The position numbers and the translations under genes were made by a program. From the NCBI GenBank assembly GCA_964389025.1, contig CAYMCQ010000011.1:1-64000 (forward strand): a DNA stretch of 64,000 nt. The letters run 5' to 3'. The DNA is from an uncultured Verrucomicrobiota bacterium. Lineage in GTDB: Bacteria > Verrucomicrobiota > Verrucomicrobiia > Limisphaerales > CAYMCQ01. Shown one piece after another: positions 33,889 through 43,548 of this stretch. Position 1 is the stretch's first letter. Each line of letters begins with the position of its first letter. A model generated the notes under the pieces. That model searched no databases. It was not told the DNA's origin and was given only the letters and a program-made list of their open reading frames with translations.

Positions 33889-35700
33889 TCACGTCGTCTC
33901 CTGCGAAGTTATGGGCAACCGCAGCACAAAACAACTTCCGCCGCCTTCGCGCTGCTCGCAAGTCACGTCGCCGCCGTGCGCGCGGGCGATTTGTCGGGCG
34001 AGCGTCAGCCCAAGCCCAGAGCCTTGAATCCCGCTGTTGAGCGAATCATGCACGCGATAAAATTTCTCAAAAATATTTTCCTCGCTGCCTCGTGGCACGC
34101 CGATGCCGCGATCCATCACGCGCAATTCCGCGTGCGGCAATGGCCCGGACTTTTGCTCCAACTTCACGGAGATTTCATTTTTGCCGTCAGAATATTTTTC
34201 AGCGTTCGACAACAGGTTGACGATGATTTGCGCCAGCGCATCGCGGTCGCAGTTGATTGGAATTTCAGACGACGGCGATCCGCAATCGAACTTGAAGCCG
34301 TTCGATTCAAGGTGCGGGCGATAAGCTTCGGCAGTGTCGCGAACCAACGCGGTGAAATTACACTTGGCAAAGTTGTATTTCTTCTCGCCGCGCTCCATGC
34401 GCGCGAAGTCCAGCACGTTGTTGATGAGCCGCGTCAGCCGCGCGGTTTCTGATGTGATGATTTGCAAATACGAGCGCTGTTTTTCTCTGTCAGCCACGCG
34501 ATTTTCCGCGAGCAACTCGGCGAACATGCGGATTGAAGTGAGCGGAGTTTTCAATTCATGCGAGACGTTGCTGACAAAATCCGTTTTCTGCCGCGCAAGT
34601 TTGAGTTGCGATTTCACGTCGCTCAAAATCAACCAACTGCCGATACTGATGGCGACGAGCAAAACCGCGATGAGCAGGCCGAGCGTGAGCTTCAAAGTTT
34701 GCGCGGACTTCGTGAGCGCCTTCGGATCGGTCAGATAAACCACCGCCTCCCAGTGCGGCAGCGCCTCGCCGATTTCCGTGGCGGCGAACGGGTGTTTCCA
34801 GTTCGTCTGAAATTTCGAGAGCGATTGCGCGACGGGCTTGCCCTTGTCGTCGAGGATCGCGAGGCAAATCTCCTCACTGGTCTCGGGATGAAACTCCTGC
34901 AACAAACTTCGGAGGCCGTCGCCCAGTTTGTCCAGCGCCAGTTGCGCGCCGAAAACCAGTTGCGGATTGCGCGGCGAGCGATACCAGACCAGCACGTTCA
35001 ATTTGTTCTCCAAAAATCTCGCGAGCGCGCCCTCGGTTTCGTCTGCGACGAGCTTGCAAAATTCCCCTTCGGATGACGACAGTTTCGACAATTGCTCAGC
35101 CTGCTGCTGGCCTTGTGGGGCGTTGATTTGCTGCTGGAGAACAATGTTCCGGGTCTGCTGCGCTTTGAGCGAAGAATTGTAGCCAGCATCGCTCTTGGCG
35201 GCGGCATTGTAATTCTGCGGGACTTTGTTGAGCGCAACGTTCGCGTCGTTCGCGATGAGATTTTTCCCGGTTTTCGGGTTGTTCAAAAAAACTTCGGCGA
35301 CTTCGCTGCAACGGAGAAACTTCCCGTTGTCCGAGCAGAACACTTGCGCCTCCGGGCTGCTTGACGGCAACGGGCAAAGTAGCTGCCCGCTCATTGAGAC
35401 GACGAAGCCAATTTGTGCGAGTGGCCAGTTTGCGCGCAATTGGGTGTCGAAATTTTGCGCGGCATCGCCGGGATTTTGCTTTGCGAGCAGCGTTTCCACT
35501 TGCGCGCGGAAATCGCGTTGCTGCGCGGACAACAGATTTTCCGCTTCCTTCGCCAGCGAATCGGCCACGCCCTGGTAAAGCAGCGAGCGCTGGCGTTCGA
35601 TGACGAATTGCTGGTCGCGGATCGAACGCACCGCCAGCCACGCCAGCACAAGGCTCGGCGCGAGCACGGCGATGAAAAATACGAGCGCGAGTTTTTTCAT
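33889..35700 (-). CDS. sensor histidine kinase (membrane, HisKA + HATPase_c)
   Basis: TM anchor, H-box ELKTPLTSIRMFAELL, and N/G boxes (NLLSNAEKYS; DRGIGV; GSGLGLTLARQI). The start is at the internal ATG (MKKLALVFF). Confidence 0.85.
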   Translation of the reverse strand: MKKLALVFFIAVLAPSLVLAWLAVRSIRDQQFVIERQRSLLYQGVADSLAKEAENLLSAQQRDFRAQVETLLAKQNPGDAAQNFDTQLRANWPLAQIGFVVSMSGQLLCPLPSSSPEAQVFCSDNGKFLRCSEVAEVFLNNPKTGKNLIANDANVALNKVPQNYNAAAKSDAGYNSSLKAQQTRNIVLQQQINAPQGQQQAEQLSKLSSSEGEFCKLVADETEGALARFLENKLNVLVWYRSPRNPQLVFGAQLALDKLGDGLRSLLQEFHPETSEEICLAILDDKGKPVAQSLSKFQTNWKHPFAATEIGEALPHWEAVVYLTDPKALTKSAQTLKLTLGLLIAVLLVAISIGSWLILSDVKSQLKLARQKTDFVSNVSHELKTPLTSIRMFAELLAENRVADREKQRSYLQIITSETARLTRLINNVLDFARMERGEKKYNFAKCNFTALVRDTAEAYRPHLESNGFKFDCGSPSSEIPINCDRDALAQIIVNLLSNAEKYSDGKNEISVKLEQKSGPLPHAELRVMDRGIGVPRGSEENIFEKFYRVHDSLNSGIQGSGLGLTLARQIARAHGGDVTCEQREGGGSCFVLRLPITSQETT

Positions 35701-35793
35701 CTCAGACGGATTGTAGCAGCCGACGTGAGCAGGCTCTAACTTTTTTCGCACAAGAAGGAGCCTCCTCACATCGGCTGCTGCAGACGGGCGGAG

Positions 35794-37152
35794 TCACAAC
35801 TGTTTTGCAGGCGCAGACTGAAACGCCGTTTGCAGCAGCGTGTAGCCGAACTGGTTGATCTCAGGTTTGTTTCTCGTGGCAAGTTGCAACGCTGGTCTGG
35901 CAAATCGCCCAAAACTTTTCAGCATCGTCTGGACGGTTTCCTTTGCTGCCGCGTCGCCAGCCTTAGCGCTGGCGAGTTGCGTGGACAGGTTGCGTTGCAT
36001 TTCCGGCGTGATGATTTCCGCGCGCCCAACCATCACACGAGTCAGCTCGCGCGGCTGGGGATTGAGTTTCATCGGCAATGCCTCGTCCGTCCACGCGCGC
36101 GGCAAAATGTAAAGCACGCGCACGCCGTCTTCTGCGAACCACGACTCGCGCCAGGTCTTGACCATCGCTTCGGCTTCGCGCGGGAACAGGCCTTCGCCCG
36201 CCAGCGCGGTTTGCATCTTCGCGCCGATTTGATCCTGAAATTTTTCTTTCGCTGAAAAATATCCGAGTTCACCTGAGCCGATCTGCGCCCATTCCTTGTT
36301 GTGGCCCGGCCCAAGTTTGTCGAGATAGCTCCACGCGCCATTGCCATCGTGCGCACTCAGCAGGAACAAATGCGCGAGCGGTTCTTTGCCCGTGTTTTCA
36401 ACAGTGACTTTGCCGTCGGCGCTCGTCGTGACTTTCAACGGCGTGGCAAAATTTCCGACGCCGCGATAGAAAAGAAATTTCTCGCGCTCGTCTGTGGAAT
36501 TTGTTGTCGAACGGGAATCAACTTGAAGGAACACAGAATCTGTTTCACGCGCAGCGAAGTAGTGATTGCCGGTTTTCTGGATGGGAAGTTGGTTTGCCAG
36601 CGCCTGATTTTCTTTCGCGGGCAGCACGCGGACATTTTTCCACTCGATCAAACTTTCTTTCACAGGTGTTTCCCCGGCAGTCACCGCCGGGCCGATGCGC
36701 GCGGCCTGCGGATACCATTCGGTGACGAGGCCTTTCGGAAATTGCACGGAGACATCCACGCGTCGCTCGATGTCGGAGTAAAAATAAATCACCGGCGTTT
36801 CCATGCGTTGAAGCGTTACCATCGCGCCCTTGCCGAGAAGCCCGAGCGAGGAAATGCACTTGCGGTTTAGCCCGGGTTTTTTCCAATCATAAACGAAGCC
36901 CGGCAGTTCCGGCGTCTGAGGGGGATGCCACGACAGCAACACGCCGTCGCCGCCTTGAACGGAAGTGAACGTGCCCCACTCGTGAACGACCAGACCGCGC
37001 ATTCGGTCGGTGTCGGGATTGCGGTCGGCGCGGGAATGAATTTTCCCGCTGCAATCCAGCAGGGCATCGAGGTGTTCGCGCTGAACCTCGGCGCGAAGCT
37101 GACAATTTCCGGCGAGAACGATTGAGAGAACCGCAAGTTGAAGTGTTTTCAT
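35794..37152 (-). CDS. hypothetical secreted protein (452 aa)
   Basis: Signal peptide (MKTLQLAVLSIVLAGNCQLRA). No family recognised. Confidence 0.5.
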   Translation of the reverse strand: MKTLQLAVLSIVLAGNCQLRAEVQREHLDALLDCSGKIHSRADRNPDTDRMRGLVVHEWGTFTSVQGGDGVLLSWHPPQTPELPGFVYDWKKPGLNRKCISSLGLLGKGAMVTLQRMETPVIYFYSDIERRVDVSVQFPKGLVTEWYPQAARIGPAVTAGETPVKESLIEWKNVRVLPAKENQALANQLPIQKTGNHYFAARETDSVFLQVDSRSTTNSTDEREKFLFYRGVGNFATPLKVTTSADGKVTVENTGKEPLAHLFLLSAHDGNGAWSYLDKLGPGHNKEWAQIGSGELGYFSAKEKFQDQIGAKMQTALAGEGLFPREAEAMVKTWRESWFAEDGVRVLYILPRAWTDEALPMKLNPQPRELTRVMVGRAEIITPEMQRNLSTQLASAKAGDAAAKETVQTMLKSFGRFARPALQLATRNKPEINQFGYTLLQTAFQSAPAKQL

Positions 37153-37303
37153 GCCCGCAACAATCGCAGAGCGTGAAAACAAGTTGTCAGGCTAAAGAAA
37201 AAAAGTTGTAAAAAAATTGTAACACCGCATGTAGCCGCGCTCGTCAGGGCGCGGTGATCCTTACAAATAAATTTGCCGCGTTCTCACGAAAGCAGCTACG
37301 AGA

Positions 37304-38344
37304 CTATTTCCCCATCAAATGCTCGAGAACCATCTGGTCGAGCGCTTGATAATTTCGATCAGCGATGAGCGCTTGCGCTTTTTTCTCGTTGTAGCTGCGG
37401 GATTTTTCGACGAGGCGAAGAAAAGTGCTCCGGCTGTTGTCGAGATGCGCGAGCCAGTGCTCGACTTTCGTCGTGCGGAACGGATGCACGTCGAAGCAAA
37501 CGTATTCGCCATTCTTGCCGTAGCCATTGCGTTCCAGCGCGCGGACTTGATTGAATGCGACGCGAAGGTTCGCGCTGCCAAAAGGTTTGTCTTGGTCAAA
37601 CTTCAATCCGTTTTGGTCGTTCAAATGCAGCGACCAAAGTTTTTTGAACGCCATCGCAAAATCAATTTCGTCGGCGGGATCAAGTCCGGCGAGCAGCGCA
37701 TGAGCGCTTTCAATCAAACAGCCGACGCGTTTCGGATTGCGCGTGAGTTGAGCGACGGCTAGAGCGTGGCCGATTGTCGGCAAGTAAGCCACGTCCATCG
37801 GCTCGTTAGGTTTCGGCTCAATGGCGATGCGGATTTTTTTGTCATGCGCGAGCATTTTGTCGAACGCATGGACAAGAAGTTCGACGCTGCGACGCCCAGA
37901 TTTTGATTCGCGGATGTATGTGCCTTCGCGCGCGAGCCACAGGACGATCAAATCCGTCCCAAGGATTTTCCCGATGTCAATGGTGCGAAGCGAGCGGTCA
38001 ATCGCGTATTGGCGCGCGGCGGGATCGTTGCTGGTGTAGGCGCCATCAATCGTTTGCGGCGCGAACCACAAGCGCGGCGCGACCATTTCCGCGACGATGC
38101 CTTCGCCGTCGAGACGCTTCTTGAGTTCTTTTGCTTCGCGGAAAATTTCTCGCTCGGACTTCCCGTCAATATCCGGCACCGCGTCGTCATCGTGAAACAT
38201 CATCGCGTCGAAGCCGAGTTTTTTGAGCGCGCGAAGTTTCCAGTCGAAAGATTGCGGCGGGCGGGTCGTCGGGCCGTAGGGGTCTTGTCCCTCGCTGATG
38301 TTCCAGGGACCGAAACAAAATTTGTATTGAAAAGCTTTTGACAT
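37304..38344 (-). CDS. xylose-isomerase-like TIM-barrel sugar isomerase (short form)
   Basis: Carries the XylA-type motifs MFHDDD (cf FHDxD) and IEPKPNEP (cf IEPKPxEP), but at 346 aa it is about 90 aa shorter than canonical XylA. Confidence 0.55.
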   Translation of the reverse strand: MSKAFQYKFCFGPWNISEGQDPYGPTTRPPQSFDWKLRALKKLGFDAMMFHDDDAVPDIDGKSEREIFREAKELKKRLDGEGIVAEMVAPRLWFAPQTIDGAYTSNDPAARQYAIDRSLRTIDIGKILGTDLIVLWLAREGTYIRESKSGRRSVELLVHAFDKMLAHDKKIRIAIEPKPNEPMDVAYLPTIGHALAVAQLTRNPKRVGCLIESAHALLAGLDPADEIDFAMAFKKLWSLHLNDQNGLKFDQDKPFGSANLRVAFNQVRALERNGYGKNGEYVCFDVHPFRTTKVEHWLAHLDNSRSTFLRLVEKSRSYNEKKAQALIADRNYQALDQMVLEHLMGK

Positions 38345-38431
38345 GGCAGCGGCGACGTTAATCGGGACACTCCAAATGGAAAGCTAAATTTGCTTGGTGT
38401 AAAAAATAGATTGCCTGTATTTTGCTCGCCG

Positions 38432-39322
38432 ATGCGCGGCAAAAAACACAGCCTGAAACTTCCTGAAGGCGTGACGTTTCTCGACGGGCGGGGAGAATTG
38501 CCGATGATCGAGGTGAAAACGCCGTGGAGCATGGCGGAAATTTATTTGCAGGGAGCGACGGTGACGCACTTCCAGAAAAACGGCGGGCCGCCGCTTTTGT
38601 TTTTGAGCCAGTGCAGCCGGTTTGCGGAAGGGCAGGCGATACGCGGGGGTATTCCAATCATCTTTCCGTGGTTCGGCGCGAGTGAAGGCAAAAAGGGACA
38701 GCACGGCTTCGCGCGGAACAAAGAGTGGGAGCTTCGCGATTTTGGAAGTCACGCGGACGGAAGTGTCACTCTCGCGTTTCGTTTGCCAGAGTGCGCTGAG
38801 GCGGCGGGTTTCCCGAAGTTCACTCTCGATTATCTAGTGACCGTCGGCGAGACGCTGTCTCTCGAATTGCTGACGATAAATCACTCAACCGAAAATTTTG
38901 AATTTGAAAACTGCCTGCACACTTATTTTTCCGTGGACGACATCGCGGCGGTTTTAGTTCACGGGCTAAAAGGCGCGAGTTACCTCGACAAAACCGACAA
39001 CTTCGCCAAGAAAACGGATGCTGCCGACGCCATTCGCATCAGCTCGGAAGTGGACCGTCCGTATTTGAACACGACGTCCACGGTGGAAATTCACGATGCG
39101 CAAGCGCGGCGGAAAATCATCATCGCCAAAGAAAATTCCGCTTCGACAATCGTTTGGAACCCGTGGGTTGCCAGAGCGCAGCAGCTTTCCGATTTCGGCG
39201 ACGAGGAATACAGGAAGATGGTTTGCGTGGAATCGGGAAATGTTGCGGCGAACAAAATTGTTTTGCCGCCGGGGAAAAGTTCTTCGCTCAAAGTTGTGCT
39301 AAAATCAGAACCGCCCAACTGA
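38432..39322 (+). CDS. D-hexose-6-phosphate mutarotase (glucose-6-phosphate 1-epimerase, YeaD family)
   Basis: Aldose-1-epimerase-like blocks (IRGGIPIIFPWFG; HGFARN..W; LHTYF; IVWNPW; CVE) are colinear with E. coli YeaD. Confidence 0.75.
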   Translation: MRGKKHSLKLPEGVTFLDGRGELPMIEVKTPWSMAEIYLQGATVTHFQKNGGPPLLFLSQCSRFAEGQAIRGGIPIIFPWFGASEGKKGQHGFARNKEWELRDFGSHADGSVTLAFRLPECAEAAGFPKFTLDYLVTVGETLSLELLTINHSTENFEFENCLHTYFSVDDIAAVLVHGLKGASYLDKTDNFAKKTDAADAIRISSEVDRPYLNTTSTVEIHDAQARRKIIIAKENSASTIVWNPWVARAQQLSDFGDEEYRKMVCVESGNVAANKIVLPPGKSSSLKVVLKSEPPN

Positions 39323-39343
39323 AAGAGTTTTAAGAACACCGCC

Positions 39344-39559
39344 TCACAATTTCAAAAAGAACTTGTGAGGATGAACATTTAGGGCTTTCGCAATTCTCAA
39401 AAGAATTTCAAGGGTTGGAGAACACTCGCCGCGTTCAATGCGGCCAACGTAATTCGGGTGAATATCAGCTTTTTCCGCGAGAGTTTCCTGACTCAACCGC
39501 GCTCGCTCTCGATACCGGCGAACCGCTTCACCAATGACTTCGGTATATTCTTTGCCCAC
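39344..39559 (-). CDS. XRE-family HTH transcriptional regulator (71 aa)
   Basis: Cro/C1-type HTH: RARLSQETLAEKADIHPNYVGRIERGECSPTLEILLRIAKAL. Divergent from the 39710 gene. Paralog of 48521-48760. Confidence 0.72.
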   Translation of the reverse strand: MGKEYTEVIGEAVRRYRERARLSQETLAEKADIHPNYVGRIERGECSPTLEILLRIAKALNVHPHKFFLKL

Positions 39560-39709
39560 GCGGGCTACGCAAACAGAAACGCGAAAAACTCACCACACAC
39601 GCTCCGTGTAGGATAGTTGCTTTTAGTGCTTGCGTTTTTGACAGGCATTTGCTTCTCATTGAGTCATCGGCTTCTCACAATCCGTATCCCGCAGACGGAA
39701 AGGAAAACT

Positions 39710-40747
39710 ATGAAAACTATTGTCGGGCTTCTCGTTGGGCTGGGCGTGGCGCTCAGTGCTCAGGCAGACCTTGCAACTTCATCGTCCACGGCGACATCCA
39801 CCAACACTCCTTCAGGCGGCATTTGGGCAATGGTCAAACTGGCGACTGTTGCACCAAAGCAAGAAGCCATCGCCGGGCAACCCAGCCTCTCCAAATCCAA
39901 CAGTGCCGCCGGGACAGACCTCGGAGTTGGCGCGTCCAGCATTGAGCGGCAGGAAATCCGGTTGCTGGAGGGCGGCGCGGTGGCCGATTACGGGTTGCAA
40001 AAGGTTTTCTTCCCGGCGGAGATCACCGAAGCGCCCCTCACCATCATCACTGCGGACGGGCGCAAACTGGCCTGTCGGGCCACGTTCCTGGCGCTGCACG
40101 ATGCCGCGAGCGGACAAAGCCTCCTTCTCGGCGAGGTCAGGAAAAGCATCGGCGAACTCATCGGAGACAACACCGTCGTTTATTTGAATGCCTTCGACAC
40201 CATCTGTGCCGACGTCCGCTATCGCTATACGAAGTATTCGCTGGAGCAGGACATCATCCTTCACGAAGCGGTCAAGTTGCCCGAAGAATTCCAGCCTGAA
40301 AACGTGACGTTGGAAGTCTGGTCGGAGTGGATTGATTCAACGCCGGACGCGAAGGAATCCCAGATGATTGATCTGCGCCCGCTGGCAGCCACGGAAAAGC
40401 AGGCCGGAGTTGCAGCCAGCGATGAACGTTTGGAATGGGGCGCGAGCCGGATTGCCGACGGTTATGCTTTTGGGATTCTAAACGAAGGCGATAAAACTCC
40501 CGTGGCAAAAACTTTTGTTCGGATCGAAAATCGCGATTGGCTCATCGAGCGCGCTGATTGGATGGCCCTGAAACCAATGTCAGACACACTGCCCAAGTCC
40601 CAGGCGGGCGTTTCCCCGGACAACCTGAAATCCGACCGCCCCGAACTCGTCCGCTCGTTGCAGGCGCGAACAACTCCGAAGCCATCCGGCGGAACCGCGG
40701 TCAAAAAGCCGAGACCGCCGATGTTGATGCCGAGCAGGGGAGTTTGA
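39710..40747 (+). CDS. secreted protein, a truncated paralog of the N-terminal domain of the 48906-54329 giant protein
   Basis: Signal peptide, Ser/Thr-rich linker and an N-domain of about 250 aa roughly 50% identical to residues about 60-330 of the giant protein (TADGRKL..., SLLLGE..., RYRYT.YSLEQDI.LH, LEVW.EW). It ends in non-homologous sequence running into the nadK remnant. Confidence 0.6.
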   Translation: MKTIVGLLVGLGVALSAQADLATSSSTATSTNTPSGGIWAMVKLATVAPKQEAIAGQPSLSKSNSAAGTDLGVGASSIERQEIRLLEGGAVADYGLQKVFFPAEITEAPLTIITADGRKLACRATFLALHDAASGQSLLLGEVRKSIGELIGDNTVVYLNAFDTICADVRYRYTKYSLEQDIILHEAVKLPEEFQPENVTLEVWSEWIDSTPDAKESQMIDLRPLAATEKQAGVAASDERLEWGASRIADGYAFGILNEGDKTPVAKTFVRIENRDWLIERADWMALKPMSDTLPKSQAGVSPDNLKSDRPELVRSLQARTTPKPSGGTAVKKPRPPMLMPSRGV

Positions 40748-41013
40748 GCGCCGCTGATTTCGCGCGCAACACGCAGCATCGTGCCGTCGCCGCCGAAGAC
40801 GACAATCACATCAACTTTTCGCGCGAGCGCGGCGGCGTCGGGACAAACTTCACACTTGAATTTGGCGAGCCGCGCTGTGATCGCGTCGGTGAAGACTTTT
40901 TTCCCGGCCTTTGCATTCAGCCGCGCGGCTTGCGCAAGCACTGCGCCGCAACTGGCTTTTTCGGCGTTGCCGATGAGGCCGATGCGCGTGATGGATTTAG
41001 GGTTGTTTTTCAA
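40725..41013 (-). pseudogene. nadK: NAD kinase, N-terminal fragment only (about 95 aa conserved)
   Basis: [16 protein letters not shown]...[19 protein letters not shown]...[10 protein letters not shown] are NadK N-terminal motifs. Downstream of about 40725 the frame carries no NadK homology and overlaps the 39710 gene tail. Confidence 0.6.
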
Positions 41014-41809
41014 TCAGAACAAAAAACTCTTTGTTTCCAGCCGGTCCGAGCAGCGGCGATTCCGTGACGCCACGCCAAGCCGCCTGGTTTAGTCCGCGAA
41101 CAAACGCTTCAAGCTCGCGCAACACGCGCGCATGAATCGCCGCGTCTGTGATCACGCCCTCGCCGCGGTCGGCCTCGGCCTTGCCCGCTTCGAACTGCGG
41201 TTTGATCAGCGCGACCATCCTAGCGAAAGGTTTCGCCAGCGCAATCGCGGCGGGAAGAATTTTCTTGAGGGAAATGAACGAACAATCAATCACAACGAAA
41301 TCAGCGCCGTCGAATTCGGAGGGGCGAGTTATACGAGTCCCTGACTTGGTTCCTGATTTGGGACTCGCGGAGCTCGTCCCTCCGAAATCGGAAAAATTCT
41401 CACGGGTCAGCGCCCGGGCGTTCGTTTTTTCCATGACGACGACGCGCGGGTCGCGGCGCAATTTCCACGCAAGCTGCCCGTGGCCGACATCCACGGCATA
41501 AATTTTTTTCGCGCCGTGCTGAAGCAGGCAATCTGAGAAGCCGCCGGTGGACGCGCCGAGGTCAATTGCGGTTAGGCCAGTCACGTCCAGTTGAAAATGT
41601 TTGAGCGCGTGTTCGAGCTTTTGTCCGCCACGGCTGACGTATTTTTCGCCGGCGGCAAGCGTGAGTTGGTCCGCTGGTTTTACCAAGTCGCTGGGTTTGC
41701 GGGCGGGCTGGTCGTTGATCCGCACCTGGCCTGCCATGATTGCGCGCTTGGCTTTTTCGCGGCTCTCGCACAAACCGCGTTCCATCAGCGCCTGATCCAA
41801 TCGCATCAT
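40997..41809 (-). CDS. tlyA: TlyA-family rRNA 2'-O-methyltransferase (hemolysin A-like), with an in-frame palindromic-element insertion
   Basis: S4 domain ([12 protein letters not shown]), a methyltransferase GASTGGFSD motif and VIDCSFISL. About 27 extra residues ([28 protein letters not shown]) are encoded by the 41313-41390 palindrome. Confidence 0.82.
   Translation of the reverse strand: MMRLDQALMERGLCESREKAKRAIMAGQVRINDQPARKPSDLVKPADQLTLAAGEKYVSRGGQKLEHALKHFQLDVTGLTAIDLGASTGGFSDCLLQHGAKKIYAVDVGHGQLAWKLRRDPRVVVMEKTNARALTRENFSDFGGTSSASPKSGTKSGTRITRPSEFDGADFVVIDCSFISLKKILPAAIALAKPFARMVALIKPQFEAGKAEADRGEGVITDAAIHARVLRELEAFVRGLNQAAWRGVTESPLLGPAGNKEFFVLIEKQP
41313..41390. repeat. palindromic element family A' (TTCGGAGGGGCGAGTTATACGAGTCCC ... 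GGGACTCGCGGAGCTCGTCCCTCCGAA) inserted in frame in tlyA; related copy at the window end (63958-64000)
   Basis: Imperfect inverted arms of about 25 nt with terminal TTCGGAGG/CCTCCGAA, related to family A. Length is about 78 nt (a multiple of 3). Confidence 0.8.
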
Positions 41810-41860
41810 GCGAGTCGAGATTACATGGATTGCCAGAGAAAACAAACCTGAGCGCGCAAA

Positions 41861-42331
41861 CTATTCGCCGCGCGTGGTCATGACGCGATGCTGCGCCTCG
41901 TTGTAGCTGTGGACGAATAAATTGTTGTCTGCCACGGCTTTTTCGATGAGTTGTTTGAGCAGGAACAGCTCGGAGCGGTTGATGACGGCGTGGACGCTTT
42001 GCTGAAACGCCTGCATTGGGGTGAAAGTCTGAAATGAATCGCCGACCAAGAGAATTGTAGCGTGACGTCGCTGGCTCATCTGCATGTTTTGCAGCGCGAG
42101 GAGTGTCATGTTGTCGGCGATGTCGCTGGCGCAAAACAATTCTTCAAGGACGACCAGTTGGTAACGAATCTGGGAAAAGCGAACGTGAAAATCTCCATGG
42201 GTCGCGGCGGTGTGGACTTTGTAACCGAGCTCAAGCAGGGCGGTGCGCGCCGTTTCAAGAAGGTCGGGGGAAGAGAATGCGATGAGCGCCGGCTTGTCGG
42301 TCGCGCTGATAAAATCAAATTGGTTGGCCAT
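41861..42331 (-). CDS. hypothetical protein (156 aa) between pilU and tlyA
   Basis: Well-formed ORF. Weak resemblance to a CheY-like receiver fold. No firm family. Confidence 0.45.
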   Translation of the reverse strand: MANQFDFISATDKPALIAFSSPDLLETARTALLELGYKVHTAATHGDFHVRFSQIRYQLVVLEELFCASDIADNMTLLALQNMQMSQRRHATILLVGDSFQTFTPMQAFQQSVHAVINRSELFLLKQLIEKAVADNNLFVHSYNEAQHRVMTTRGE

Positions 42332-42334
42332 AAC

Positions 42335-43543
42335 TTATTTGAGTTTGAGAGTGGTCGGAAGCGGCGGCGGGGCGGAAGCACCAGCGGCAGCCGGGCCGGA
42401 TTTCATCTTCAGATTCGAGATGGATGTCGTCATTTCGCCGCGCTTCTTTTTGAGGGCGTCAATTCCGCGTGTGACGACGCCGCGTTTGGTGCAATAGAGC
42501 AGAGCGGTTTCTTCGGTGACGATTTCCTTTTCGTAGGCCTCCTGTGATGCATTGTCGAAAGTCCGCCAGCCGAACGGATAGCTGGCTTCGATGATTTCGT
42601 AAAAACTTTTTCCCTCGCTCTCGCCGAGGCGAATGCTCTCCTGCGTGCGCAGGTTGGAACCCATGACTTCGACGAGGGGAAAACGTCCGCCGCCGATTTT
42701 CGGCACAAGCCGCTGGCTGACGATCCAGCGCAGCGTGTCGGCAAGGCGAATGCGAATCTGCTCCTGTTCCTCCGGTTCGAACATGCCGAGGATGCGGTTG
42801 ATGGTCTGCCCGGCGTCAATCGTGTGGAGCGTGCTGAGAACGAGATGGCCGGTTTCCGCCGCGCTCAAGGCGATTTTCACCGTTTCGCGGTCGCGCATTT
42901 CGCCGACAAGAATGACTTTCGGCGCCTGTCGAAGCGCCGCGCGCAATCCATTTGAGAAGGTGTCAAAATCCGTTCCGAGTTCGCGCTGGTTGAAAGTGGC
43001 CTTGCTGTGGGTGTGAATGAATTCGACCGGGTCTTCGAGCGTTATGATGTGAATCGCCCTCGACTTGTTCATGTCGTTGAGCACGGAGGCGAGCGTCGTG
43101 GATTTTCCGGAGCCGGTCGCGCCGGTGACCAGGACAAGGCCGGTCTTCTCGCGCGGAATTTGCCGGAGAATTTCCGGCAGGTTGAGGTCTTCTATTGTGG
43201 GGACAGCGGTGTTGAGTTTTCGCAGGACGACAGAATAATTTCCGCGCTGCGAAAAAATGTTGATGCGGAAACGCGCTTTGTCCGCAAGGGTGTAAGCTGA
43301 ATCGCATGAGCCGCGCCGCAGCAAATCTTCGATGTGCCACTGGTTTTCGCCCATGAGATTGAGCGCGACCATCTCGACTTGAAATGGTGTCAGCTTTTCG
43401 ATGGGAATTTCGAACTTGACCGGTTTCAATTCGCCATCGGACTCGACCTGCAGTGGTTTGCCGACTGTGAAAAGCAAATCGGACACTTCTGGATACGCTT
43501 CCAGCATCGCCGTCAACATGAAATCAAGTTCGGGTCGGCGCAT
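42335..43543 (-). CDS. pilU: PilT/PilU-family type IV pilus retraction ATPase (second paralog)
   Basis: Walker A GATGSGKSTTLA, IITLEDPVEF, ILVGEMRD (Asp box), His box LVLSTLHT. C-terminal extension. Confidence 0.8.
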   Translation of the reverse strand: MRRPELDFMLTAMLEAYPEVSDLLFTVGKPLQVESDGELKPVKFEIPIEKLTPFQVEMVALNLMGENQWHIEDLLRRGSCDSAYTLADKARFRINIFSQRGNYSVVLRKLNTAVPTIEDLNLPEILRQIPREKTGLVLVTGATGSGKSTTLASVLNDMNKSRAIHIITLEDPVEFIHTHSKATFNQRELGTDFDTFSNGLRAALRQAPKVILVGEMRDRETVKIALSAAETGHLVLSTLHTIDAGQTINRILGMFEPEEQEQIRIRLADTLRWIVSQRLVPKIGGGRFPLVEVMGSNLRTQESIRLGESEGKSFYEIIEASYPFGWRTFDNASQEAYEKEIVTEETALLYCTKRGVVTRGIDALKKKRGEMTTSISNLKMKSGPAAAGASAPPPLPTTLKLK

Positions 43544-43548
43544 AAAAT

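Noticed and set aside
40462-41013. Intact 183-aa NAD kinase, as suggested by the ORF track
   Set aside because: Only the first about 95 residues match NadK. The remainder has no NadK homology and overlaps the opposite-strand ORF. Called a truncated pseudogene or fragment instead.
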